Shown here piece after piece: positions 46,223 through 54,774 of a stretch of DNA of 64,000 nucleotides. A program made the translations under genes and the position numbers. The first letter of the stretch is position 1, and every line of letters begins with the position of its first letter. The stretch lies in IMG/VR virus record IMGVR_UViG_3300046319_000183; one strand, 5' to 3'. The notes beneath the pieces were generated by a model. It searched no databases. It was not told where the DNA came from and saw only the letters and a list, made by a program, of their open reading frames with translations. The DNA is from a virus.

Positions 46223-46476
46223 AAGAAGGAGATATTATTCTAGGTTATTTTAGTGGTATTTTTAAAGTAACAAAAGTAACTGCTAGACCAAACATTGCAC
46301 CATTAATTAGTATGGTAAAAGTCTTTAATTCTAAATTTGAGCCAGTACATAGTAAGAAAGAATATTCGTGTGATGCAGGTTATTGTGTACACATAGAAGA
46401 ATATTTAGAAAATGAGCTACTAGCTCTAGAAAAAAGAAAAAAAAAGCTTTTAGATTTTAAAAGAGAAAATTTATGA
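46219..46476 (+). CDS. hypothetical protein
   Basis: ATGA overlap. Confidence 0.4.
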   Translation: MKEGDIILGYFSGIFKVTKVTARPNIAPLISMVKVFNSKFEPVHSKKEYSCDAGYCVHIEEYLENELLALEKRKKKLLDFKRENL

Positions 46477-47774
46477 ACTTAAAGATTAGCGAGAATTCGC
46501 AGAATTATGCAGCCACTGTGATTGAAATTAAAGAGATTTTCAATATAGAAGGAGCTGATAAAATAAAAAGAACTGTTGTAGAAGGTAACAGTATAGTAGT
46601 AGGGCTTGATGTACAAGTTGGTCAACATATGATTTGGTTTTGTGCTGGAACTCAATTGGCTCCAGAATTCTGTAGAGAAAATGATTTGTATGACCAACCT
46701 CTAGAAAATGATGATGTTACAAAAAGAGGATATATTTCTTTTAAAAAAAGGCTTGTAAAAGCTATCAAACTAAGAGGTATAGAATCTAATGGAATGTTGT
46801 TACCTTTGAGTTGCTTAAAGTATCTACATGAAACTCCAGAATCCTTCTTAAAGCTAGGAGATGCTTTTACTGAGTTGGACGAAAATACGATTTGTCAAAA
46901 ATATGTAGTTCCTGTAAGACTTCAAAACTCTGTAAGTTCTGGACAAAAGAAACAAGTAAATAAAGTTCAAGAGCATTTAGTAGATGGGCAGTTTAAATTC
47001 CATGAAGAAACCTCTCATTTTGCAAAAAATATGCATAAATTTGATTGGAATACACCTATCGTAATCACTAGAAAAATGCATGGTTCATCAGGTATTGTCT
47101 CTCATTGTTTGATTAAAAAAGATTTGACTTGGAAAGACAAAGTAGCTAAATTTTTCAAAGTAAAAGTTGAAGAAAAAGAATATGGCTTTGTATGGTCTTC
47201 TGGTAAACCTAAATCAAAAATACCAAAAGGTTTAATCTCTGATTCTAAAAATTGGAAGACTTCAAATCAATCCTACTACACCAATGACATTTGGTTAAAG
47301 GCTTACGAATTGCTTAAAGATAAAACTGAAAAAGGAATAAGCTTGTACTTTGAGATTGTAGGACAAGGAATCCAAGGCCCTTCATATACATATAACCAAG
47401 AGTATGGTATTTACATATACAGAATAACTTCTACCAATCCTGATGGAAACACTTTGGAGTTTTCTTGGAATGACATAAAGGTTTACTGTGAGAAATATGG
47501 ATTGCAGACTGTTCAAGAGTTCTATCAAGGATTATTCTCTACTTGGGGTAAAGCTCAAAAGCTAGTACCTTCTAAGTTTGGTAGCTTTGATAAAGTCCTT
47601 GAGAAACTTGGAGAAGTTTACCTAAACAAATCATTTCCAGACTGTGAAGTTGATGAAGGTATTTGCGTAAGGAACGAACTAACCAAAGAAACTTTTAAAC
47701 TTAAAAGTCCTAAATTCTTAGTTAAAGAATCTGCTGATTTAGAACTTGGTGTAGAAAATATTGAAGAACAATGA
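46473..47774 (+). CDS. putative RNA ligase family nucleotidyltransferase (Rnl2-like KxHG motif) with N-terminal extension
   Basis: Motif I ITRKMHGSSG (compare T4 Rnl2 KIHGTN). Motif III/IV-like LYFEIVGQG. Confidence 0.4.
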   Translation: MNLKISENSQNYAATVIEIKEIFNIEGADKIKRTVVEGNSIVVGLDVQVGQHMIWFCAGTQLAPEFCRENDLYDQPLENDDVTKRGYISFKKRLVKAIKLRGIESNGMLLPLSCLKYLHETPESFLKLGDAFTELDENTICQKYVVPVRLQNSVSSGQKKQVNKVQEHLVDGQFKFHEETSHFAKNMHKFDWNTPIVITRKMHGSSGIVSHCLIKKDLTWKDKVAKFFKVKVEEKEYGFVWSSGKPKSKIPKGLISDSKNWKTSNQSYYTNDIWLKAYELLKDKTEKGISLYFEIVGQGIQGPSYTYNQEYGIYIYRITSTNPDGNTLEFSWNDIKVYCEKYGLQTVQEFYQGLFSTWGKAQKLVPSKFGSFDKVLEKLGEVYLNKSFPDCEVDEGICVRNELTKETFKLKSPKFLVKESADLELGVENIEEQ

Positions 47775-47956
47775 TAACTGTTGCACACCAAGATTTTCCA
47801 GAGATAGATTGGGAACAAGGAGATTTTCAAGAAAGTCATGACCATGAAAAACACTATTCAGCTGTGGGAATCTCAGAAGATGGTAGAGAATGGGTTGGAG
47901 TTTGGATAGAAATTGACAACAATGAAGTTGACATTGAATACATTGAAGCAGCATGA
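47771..47956 (+). CDS. small acidic hypothetical protein
   Basis: ATGA overlap. Confidence 0.3.
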   Translation: MITVAHQDFPEIDWEQGDFQESHDHEKHYSAVGISEDGREWVGVWIEIDNNEVDIEYIEAA

Positions 47957-48351
47957 TTTGGTTTAAAAAGAAAAGAATTGAACTGGGTAAAGGACATATT
48001 ATCCAGTTCACTTTATTTGAAAACAAGTATTTTGGAGGAATTTGGTTGTATAATTGGAAAACAATAGAGCAGAACAGATTTCATACTCATGCTTTTAAAT
48101 CTGTATGTTTTTTACTTCGAGGCTCATATGAAGAAGAAGTTATGGTGGAGGATAAAATAGAAAAGAGAACTGTAAATCAGTGGCTTAAACCTAGATTTCT
48201 ACCTTACAACTACTGTCATAGAGTCCTAAAAGCTGCACCAAATACCTGGACAATTGTCTTTTTTGGTAAATGGTTACCAACTTGGAAAGAATATTTTGAA
48301 GATACAAAAACTTGGGTAGAATATACTTGGGGAAGAAAAAGAATACAATGA
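47953..48351 (+). CDS. hypothetical protein
   Basis: ATGA overlap. Confidence 0.4.
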   Translation: MIWFKKKRIELGKGHIIQFTLFENKYFGGIWLYNWKTIEQNRFHTHAFKSVCFLLRGSYEEEVMVEDKIEKRTVNQWLKPRFLPYNYCHRVLKAAPNTWTIVFFGKWLPTWKEYFEDTKTWVEYTWGRKRIQ

Positions 48352-48788
48352 AAGATAAAATACAAGAAGAGTTTATCAAAGCTTTTAAAGCTAAGGATGA
48401 ACCAACAAAAAGAGCTTTAAGTTCCTTTAAAGCAAAAATACAAGAGGCAGAGAAAGCACAAAAGAATCAGCCTCTAGACGATTTACAAACTCTACAATTA
48501 CTTTCTAAGGCAATCATACAAAGACAATTATCTTTAATGACTTACAGAGACAATGGTAGAAATGATTTAGCTCAGGTAGAAGCAGAAGAAATTGAAGTTT
48601 TAAAAAGGTTTATGCCTACTGGTATGACTCAAAGTGAAATTAAAGAAGAGTTAATCAGAATTATGGATTTCCTTCCTACTAATCTACCTGATGTTGCTAA
48701 AGTAGGAAAAGCTATTGGAATGTTTAATAAACAGTTTCCAGGCCAAGCTACTACAGATGAACTTAAGCAATATATTTCAGAATTGTAA
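48348..48788 (+). CDS. GatB/YqeY-domain protein
   Basis: MKDKIQEEFIKAFKAKDEPTKRALSSFKAKIQEAEKA... matches the YqeY-like pattern. Start at ATG 48348 (ATGA overlap). Confidence 0.5.
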   Translation: MKDKIQEEFIKAFKAKDEPTKRALSSFKAKIQEAEKAQKNQPLDDLQTLQLLSKAIIQRQLSLMTYRDNGRNDLAQVEAEEIEVLKRFMPTGMTQSEIKEELIRIMDFLPTNLPDVAKVGKAIGMFNKQFPGQATTDELKQYISEL

Positions 48789-49060
48789 TGGATGAGATAA
48801 TAGAAATAATACTACAAAGAAACAAGCCTACAGGAAACTGGGGCATACTTCTAAATGGTGTAAGAATTACTTGTAGAAGTGGTAAAGCAACTTGGAAAAC
48901 TAAAGGACATGCTCAAAGTGCTTTTACAAATCATTTAAGTTGTATGAATTTAGAATTAGATTATTACTTAAAAGACTATGGAAGTATCAGAAGAATTCCT
49001 AAAAAAATAACACAAGAATTAATAAATTCAGGAAATTTAACTTTTAAAGAATATGTCTAA
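48788..49060 (+). CDS. hypothetical protein
   Basis: ORF track. Confidence 0.4.
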   Translation: MDEIIEIILQRNKPTGNWGILLNGVRITCRSGKATWKTKGHAQSAFTNHLSCMNLELDYYLKDYGSIRRIPKKITQELINSGNLTFKEYV

Positions 49061-49919
49061 GAACTGTACAATAATGAAAAGAATGAAAGACAATTACGAG
49101 TCTAGAGCTCGTAGTTATCTTACTAGAAGAGTTCCTGTTATAATGAGATTAGATGGAAAAGCTTTCCATACCTACACTAAAAAGCTTAAAAAGCCTTTTG
49201 ATGAAGGTTTGATTGAAGATATGGCTCAAACAGCTAAGTATCTTTGTGAAAATATACAAGGAGCTAAGTGTGCATACGTGCAATCAGATGAGATTTCTAT
49301 TTTGATTACAGACTACGATACTCTTGATACTCAAGCTTGGTTTGATTATGAAGTACAAAAAATGTGTTCTATTTCAGCTAGTATTGCTACTGCTAAGTTT
49401 AATCAACTAAGATTAGAAAGATTAATGACAAACAGTGGAAAGTGGGATGATAATATTCTTTGCGAATATGGTGCTTTATTAGACTTTAGAAAAGATATGA
49501 GCACAAAATTTAGTCTTGCATCTTTTGATTCTAGAGTCTTTAACATTCCTAAAGAAGAAGTAGCAAACTACTTTCTTGCTAGACAAAAAGATGCTGTAAA
49601 AAATTCAATATCTATGCTTGCTCAATCTTTGTATTCTCAAAAAGAATTACACAAGAAAAATCAATCTGATATGCAAGAATTGTGTTGGCAAAAAGGGCAC
49701 AATTGGAATGATTTACATTGGTCTAAAAAAAGAGGTAGTTTTGTGGTAAAGAATACTTATATTAATAAAGAACTTTTAAATGAAAGATTTCAAAAATTAT
49801 CAGACAAAGTATATTTGAAAGGTTTAGAAGAAATAGTTAATCCTGTTGTAAGAAACAAATGGGAAATTGTAGAAACTCCTTTAAAATTTGAAGAATCAAC
49901 ATTTAAACTATTTATATAA
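49053..49919 (+). CDS. Thg1-like protein (tRNA-His guanylyltransferase family 3'-5' nucleotidyltransferase)
   Basis: RRVPVIMRLDGKAFHTYTKKLKKPFDEGLIEDMAQTAKYLCENIQGAKCAYVQSDEISIL matches the Thg1 core (vvRiDGrxFhxft...kPxD...aYgqSDEiS). Confidence 0.7.
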   Translation: MSKNCTIMKRMKDNYESRARSYLTRRVPVIMRLDGKAFHTYTKKLKKPFDEGLIEDMAQTAKYLCENIQGAKCAYVQSDEISILITDYDTLDTQAWFDYEVQKMCSISASIATAKFNQLRLERLMTNSGKWDDNILCEYGALLDFRKDMSTKFSLASFDSRVFNIPKEEVANYFLARQKDAVKNSISMLAQSLYSQKELHKKNQSDMQELCWQKGHNWNDLHWSKKRGSFVVKNTYINKELLNERFQKLSDKVYLKGLEEIVNPVVRNKWEIVETPLKFEESTFKLFI

Positions 49920-50245
49920 TGGAAATATGTGCAATATGTGGCTCAAAAGATATTTGGGCTAAACAATGGGTAGACCCCAATACAGGGAAGCTTGGAGAGA
50001 TGGTTTCAGATTTTGAGCAAGATGACCAGTGGTGTGACAATTGTGAAAATGCAGTAGATTTTGTCACTATCTCAGATGAACTTAGACTTTATGGGACTTT
50101 AAGAGATGCTTCTAATGTAGATACTGTAAAAGACTGGATAGAAAGAGCAGAAAAAGATGGTACAGTTTGGTCAGTTGCAGGGTTTGCTAAAGCTCACAAA
50201 AGTAATCCTGAACAATTTAAAGATTTAAATTTTAAAGTAGTATGA
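49919..50245 (+). CDS. zinc-ribbon hypothetical protein
   Basis: CAICGS...CDNCEN. Confidence 0.4.
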   Translation: MEICAICGSKDIWAKQWVDPNTGKLGEMVSDFEQDDQWCDNCENAVDFVTISDELRLYGTLRDASNVDTVKDWIERAEKDGTVWSVAGFAKAHKSNPEQFKDLNFKVV

Positions 50246-50631
50246 CAATAGCGTTCACAGGGACTAGAAATGGCATGTCTGATGCCCAGAAAGAAAAAGT
50301 AAAAAGTTTACTTATTGATTTAAAACCAGACAAAGCTCTGCATGGAATGTGTATTGGTGCTGATGAAGATTTCCATAATATCTGTAAAGAATTAGGTATT
50401 TTCATAGAAGGTTATCCTGGAAAGTCAGCAAAAGGTGACAATGAGACATATAGAGGTACATGTACTCCCGACCTAATACACGAAGAGGAAACTCACTTTG
50501 CAAGAAACAGAAAGATTGTAGACCAATGTGATATACTAATTGGCTGTCCTTTTAGTGAAATGCAAGTTGGAGGTACTTGGTACACTATGAATTATGCTAT
50601 AAAGAAAAATAAACCTTTAGTAATTGTATAG
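50242..50631 (+). CDS. hypothetical Rossmann-like protein (possibly SLOG/DprA-like)
   Basis: AFTGTRNG ... LHGMCIGADEDFH. Weak. Confidence 0.3.
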   Translation: MTIAFTGTRNGMSDAQKEKVKSLLIDLKPDKALHGMCIGADEDFHNICKELGIFIEGYPGKSAKGDNETYRGTCTPDLIHEEETHFARNRKIVDQCDILIGCPFSEMQVGGTWYTMNYAIKKNKPLVIV

Positions 50632-50633
50632 AG

Positions 50634-51014
50634 ATGGAAGAACATCTAGTATCATTTGAAACAGCTCTAAAGGCTAAAGAAAAAGGGTTTGATATATTAA
50701 TTAAGCCTGTTTATGCTTTTGATAATTGGGACTATAATCAGTGGAGATGTTTTAAAGACCCTTTAGAAGCTTATAATAATTCTGATAAAACTGAATATGG
50801 AAATATCTCAGCTCCTACTCAATCTCTACTACAGAAATGGTTAAGAGATATACATAATATAGATGTTACTGTAAAGCCTTTTATAAAAGTTGTTGTAAAA
50901 GTAGGTTATCATTATGAAATAAACTCTAAAACAGATTATGGTTCAAATATAGCTCATACTTATGAGCAAGCTTTAGAGATAGGACTACAAGAAGCACTAA
51001 ACTTAATAAAATGA
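50634..51014 (+). CDS. hypothetical protein
   Basis: ORF track. Confidence 0.4.
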   Translation: MEEHLVSFETALKAKEKGFDILIKPVYAFDNWDYNQWRCFKDPLEAYNNSDKTEYGNISAPTQSLLQKWLRDIHNIDVTVKPFIKVVVKVGYHYEINSKTDYGSNIAHTYEQALEIGLQEALNLIK

Positions 51015-51268
51015 GACAAACACTTGAAGAAGCTGTAAAGAAATACTCAGAAAAAGAATATTCAACACCTAAACCTTTAGCTATTTGTATAGATTTTGCA
51101 AGATTTGGAGCGGAATGGCAAGCTAAACAAATGTATTCTGAAGACCAAGTTAGAGAAATCATAGCAGAAACTTGGCTTAGTTGTGAAGACAATGAAGGTG
51201 AGTCTTTTACTAAAATTATGAATAGAATACTTAATCAATTTAAAAATGCAGATACCAATAATAGTTGA
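51011..51268 (+). CDS. hypothetical protein
   Basis: ATGA overlap. Confidence 0.35.
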   Translation: MRQTLEEAVKKYSEKEYSTPKPLAICIDFARFGAEWQAKQMYSEDQVREIIAETWLSCEDNEGESFTKIMNRILNQFKNADTNNS

Positions 51269-51767
51269 TGTAGAAGCAGATGGGCCAATCATAGGAAAAC
51301 ATTCTATGGTTTGTTTTGGTGCTGTTGTGTTGACTAGAGATTTAAAAAAAACTTTTTATGGGCAAACAAAGCCTATAAGTGACTCTTACGTTCCAGAAGC
51401 TTTAAAAGTTTCTGGTTTTACAAGAGCTGAACATCTTGCATTTCCTACACCTCAAGAAACCATGCTTAAGTTCTTAGAATGGCTTAAGGAAGTATGTGGT
51501 AAAAATCAGCCAGTTTTGTATTCAGATAACAATGGATTTGATGCTTCTTGGATAAACTACTATATGTTAGACCAAGTAGGACAAAACCCATTTGGTTGGA
51601 GTTCAAGAAGAATTGGAGATTTGTTTTGTGGATTTTACAATGACCCACATTATAGATGGAAAAAGCATAGGAAGACTACACATACGCATAACCCTGTAGA
51701 TGATGCAAAAGGAAATGCAGAAGCTTTACTTTACTTAATTGACCAAGGTTTTAAATTATGGAAATAA
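51246..51767 (+). CDS. DEDDh 3'-5' exonuclease (RNase T/oligoribonuclease/DnaQ-like)
   Basis: Exo I IVDVEADGP. Exo II YSDNNGFDASWI. Exo III HNPVDDAKGNAEA. Confidence 0.6.
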   Translation: MQIPIIVDVEADGPIIGKHSMVCFGAVVLTRDLKKTFYGQTKPISDSYVPEALKVSGFTRAEHLAFPTPQETMLKFLEWLKEVCGKNQPVLYSDNNGFDASWINYYMLDQVGQNPFGWSSRRIGDLFCGFYNDPHYRWKKHRKTTHTHNPVDDAKGNAEALLYLIDQGFKLWK

Positions 51768-52018
51768 TAGGGAAAAGAATTGTTCTTACAAAAGAACAAA
51801 ACCTACTTAAAGGTGCTCATCCAAATGGGATAACCGTAGGTTATAAACTACAAGGATATGTAAAAGATTTTAAGGTGGGGGAACAATTATATTTGTTTCC
51901 CTCATTAAAAGGTTTATTTATGCCTCATGCATGGACTTCTAAGGTAGTAAGCTTAGATGAAACAACAATGTTACTTACTACAGAAAATTCTGTTTACTCT
52001 TTAAAATTTGAAGAATGA
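51758..52018 (+). CDS. hypothetical protein
   Basis: ORF track. Confidence 0.35.
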   Translation: MEIIGKRIVLTKEQNLLKGAHPNGITVGYKLQGYVKDFKVGEQLYLFPSLKGLFMPHAWTSKVVSLDETTMLLTTENSVYSLKFEE

Positions 52019-52377
52019 TTTCTTGGCAAACAGTTCAGCATAAACAAAGCTTTGAACAAATATTATCAGTATTAAAAACTCTAAAAGAAGGGTTGGGCAT
52101 TAAGTCGGATTCGGTTAGTCTTATTCCTTCTGTAGCTTTGACTGGAGATGCTTCTGATTTTGAGACAATTTCTCAAAGACTTTTACTAGTTTCAAGAGTA
52201 TCTTACTATCTTTCTACTTTGCAAGGAAATGCTTTGACTTTACAGAAACAGTACAAAGCTCCTGAATTATATGGCTTGTATGAAGAAGTTTCAGAATTAT
52301 TACGAACTACTCGAAATGAAACAGATATTCTTAGGAGTATTCTAAGTTCAGAAAGAGAATTAATTAAACTACGATGA
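52015..52377 (+). CDS. hypothetical protein
   Basis: ATGA overlap. Confidence 0.4.
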   Translation: MISWQTVQHKQSFEQILSVLKTLKEGLGIKSDSVSLIPSVALTGDASDFETISQRLLLVSRVSYYLSTLQGNALTLQKQYKAPELYGLYEEVSELLRTTRNETDILRSILSSERELIKLR

Positions 52378-52706
52378 AAACATTTAAAGATTTAAGACCT
52401 GGAGATGCTTTGTATTATGATTTTAATACAGTTTTTATATATGAAATAAAAATAGATTCTCAATATGTAAATTTCACTGTAAGAACTAATAATTGGAGGA
52501 CGGGAAGTAGTTATGCTACTTATTCTGTACCTTTAAAATATTATGAAGATAGTATATACATTGATTATTATAAAAAAATATTTACAACTTCTGTTGATTC
52601 TGAAATTGTAGAAAAAGCTAAAAATCAGAAAAAAATTATTGAGATACAAAAAATTTTAGACGAAATAAAACATTTAAAACAAAAACTAAATAGCATATGT
52701 ATGTAA
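52374..52706 (+). CDS. hypothetical protein
   Basis: ATGA overlap. Confidence 0.4.
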   Translation: MKTFKDLRPGDALYYDFNTVFIYEIKIDSQYVNFTVRTNNWRTGSSYATYSVPLKYYEDSIYIDYYKKIFTTSVDSEIVEKAKNQKKIIEIQKILDEIKHLKQKLNSICM

Positions 52707-53389
52707 TAGGAGATTCACATGGTTTAGGAAGTTTACTTGATGCTTTAAAAAGGTCTAAACTTACAGGACAATCTTTTATACATGTAGGAGATGTAGGTAT
52801 AGGTTTTGTTAGAGCAGAGATAGATATTTTAATGTTAGATAGAATTACAAAACATCTTGAATCTGCAAACTCTTACTTATATCTGTTAAGAGGAAATCAT
52901 GATAATCCTAAGTGGTGGACAGAATCTTGGTATCAATCTGATAGGATTAAGCTTGTACAGGATTATGAAGTTCTTGAAATTGAAGACAGAAAAATTCTTT
53001 GTATTGGAGGAGCTTTGTCTATAGATAGATTAGTTAGAACTCCACAGATAGATTATTGGCCAGAAGAAGAAATTGTAAAACAGAGTGTTGTTACATACAG
53101 AGAGTTACAAGGTGTGATTACGCACAATGTACCTTTATTCTGCCCTCCTTTTGGTATAAATGATATAGTAAGGTACTACATAAACATGGAAAAAAGTCTT
53201 GGTAATCAATTCTTTGAAAGCCAATTACTTGGAGAAAGAAAGTACTTATCTGATGTATTTGAAGAACTTCAGCAGAACAATGATTTGAAGTTCTGGTGTT
53301 CTGGACACATGCATAAAGATGACTTTCAAGAGTACAAGGGTGTAGATTTTCACATGCTTGGTATAAACAGTATAAAAGAAATAAGATGA
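52697..53389 (+). CDS. calcineurin-like metallophosphoesterase (lambda-phosphatase-like)
   Basis: VIGDSHG, HVGDVGIG and LRGNHDNP motifs (GDxHG / GDxxDRG / GNHE pattern). Confidence 0.6.
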   Translation: MYVIGDSHGLGSLLDALKRSKLTGQSFIHVGDVGIGFVRAEIDILMLDRITKHLESANSYLYLLRGNHDNPKWWTESWYQSDRIKLVQDYEVLEIEDRKILCIGGALSIDRLVRTPQIDYWPEEEIVKQSVVTYRELQGVITHNVPLFCPPFGINDIVRYYINMEKSLGNQFFESQLLGERKYLSDVFEELQQNNDLKFWCSGHMHKDDFQEYKGVDFHMLGINSIKEIR

Positions 53390-54042
53390 TAGATAACTTA
53401 GAACTATTCAAACCTCTCCTGGACTTTAAAAACCCAGGAGATTTTTTTTACTTAATGGTGGTAGTTCGCAAGAAAGACCAAACAACTGACAGAGCTAATC
53501 ATCAGTCAGTCAGAACTATAAAAGATTATTCTATAGAATCCTTAGAATATCTTGAATCTAAATATGATGAGATACGCACACTTGCTGAAGTTTTTAAAGC
53601 AAGAGTTTATCTTGGAGTTAATAGATTAAACGATAAACAAGTTACCATCAGAATGATGAAAGAACTTATAAACAGATTAGAATCTGGAAACAATGATTGT
53701 AGAAGTCTATGGGCATCTACAGTAGGTACTTTAAGTTCACAAGATAAAAGATGGGTAGTAGATTTAGATGGTGATGATGTTTTGAAAAAAGCTGAAATCA
53801 TTGCAAAAATTGAGAGCCTAGACCCAGAAGGTACAAAATTACTAGCAGAAATTCCTACTTTAAATGGGCTGCATTTGATTACTAAACCTTTTAGAAGAGA
53901 TTACTTTGACCAGTGGTGTAAGGCAGAAAACCTTGCTATAGATGTGCAAGCTGGAACAAATCCCTCTTTACTTTTTATTCCTCAATCATTAATCAATTTA
54001 AAAAATGAACTTAATAACCAGAATTCAATTGTTAATCCTTAA
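53386..54042 (+). CDS. hypothetical protein
   Basis: ATGA overlap. Confidence 0.45.
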   Translation: MIDNLELFKPLLDFKNPGDFFYLMVVVRKKDQTTDRANHQSVRTIKDYSIESLEYLESKYDEIRTLAEVFKARVYLGVNRLNDKQVTIRMMKELINRLESGNNDCRSLWASTVGTLSSQDKRWVVDLDGDDVLKKAEIIAKIESLDPEGTKLLAEIPTLNGLHLITKPFRRDYFDQWCKAENLAIDVQAGTNPSLLFIPQSLINLKNELNNQNSIVNP

Positions 54043-54072
54043 TAATATTCCACAAGAAATAATTAACTTTAT

Positions 54073-54774
54073 ATGGAGATAAGCCATTTTATAAAAAACA
54101 ACTTACTAACAACTGGTGATAGTAATACTAAAATAGCTAAGAATTCATACCCTACGTATAATCTTAGCTTGTTGCCTCACTCAATGAATAGTAAAAAAGA
54201 AAATCTATGTACACATTCTACTACTGAATGTAGAGCTTTGTGTTTGAATATGAGTGGGAGGGGTTCCTTTCACTCTGTTCAATCTTCAAGAGGTCTTAGG
54301 ACTGAGTTCTTTATTCAGCATAGAAAAGCTTTCTTAACAGTACTTGCTGCTGAACTAGCTCGTATTAACTCATTATTTCCTAGAGTTCTTGTAAGACTAA
54401 ATACTTTCTCAGATGTAAATTGGAAAGAAGAATTTAAAACTATAAACATAAATATAGAAGATTTTATTAATATTACATTCTATGGGTACACCAAAGTTCC
54501 TGCTTATGTTTTGAATAAAGCAAAAAATGAGGAATACGTATTCTCGTATTCTGGTAAAAACTGGAAAGATTGTAAACATTTATTAGATTTAAAAATTTGT
54601 AATGTAGCAGTAGTATTTTCTGAAGTACCTACTACATACGAAGGATATGAAGTTTTACCTGGAGATGATACTGACCAACGTTTAGTTGAGACAGAAGGTA
54701 CAGGTAAAATTATAGGTTTAAGATTTAAAAAACCTAAAGGACAACAATTAAAAGCACTAACTTTCGTAGTATGA
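54073..54774 (+). CDS. hypothetical protein
   Basis: ORF track. Confidence 0.45.
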   Translation: MEISHFIKNNLLTTGDSNTKIAKNSYPTYNLSLLPHSMNSKKENLCTHSTTECRALCLNMSGRGSFHSVQSSRGLRTEFFIQHRKAFLTVLAAELARINSLFPRVLVRLNTFSDVNWKEEFKTININIEDFINITFYGYTKVPAYVLNKAKNEEYVFSYSGKNWKDCKHLLDLKICNVAVVFSEVPTTYEGYEVLPGDDTDQRLVETEGTGKIIGLRFKKPKGQQLKALTFVV

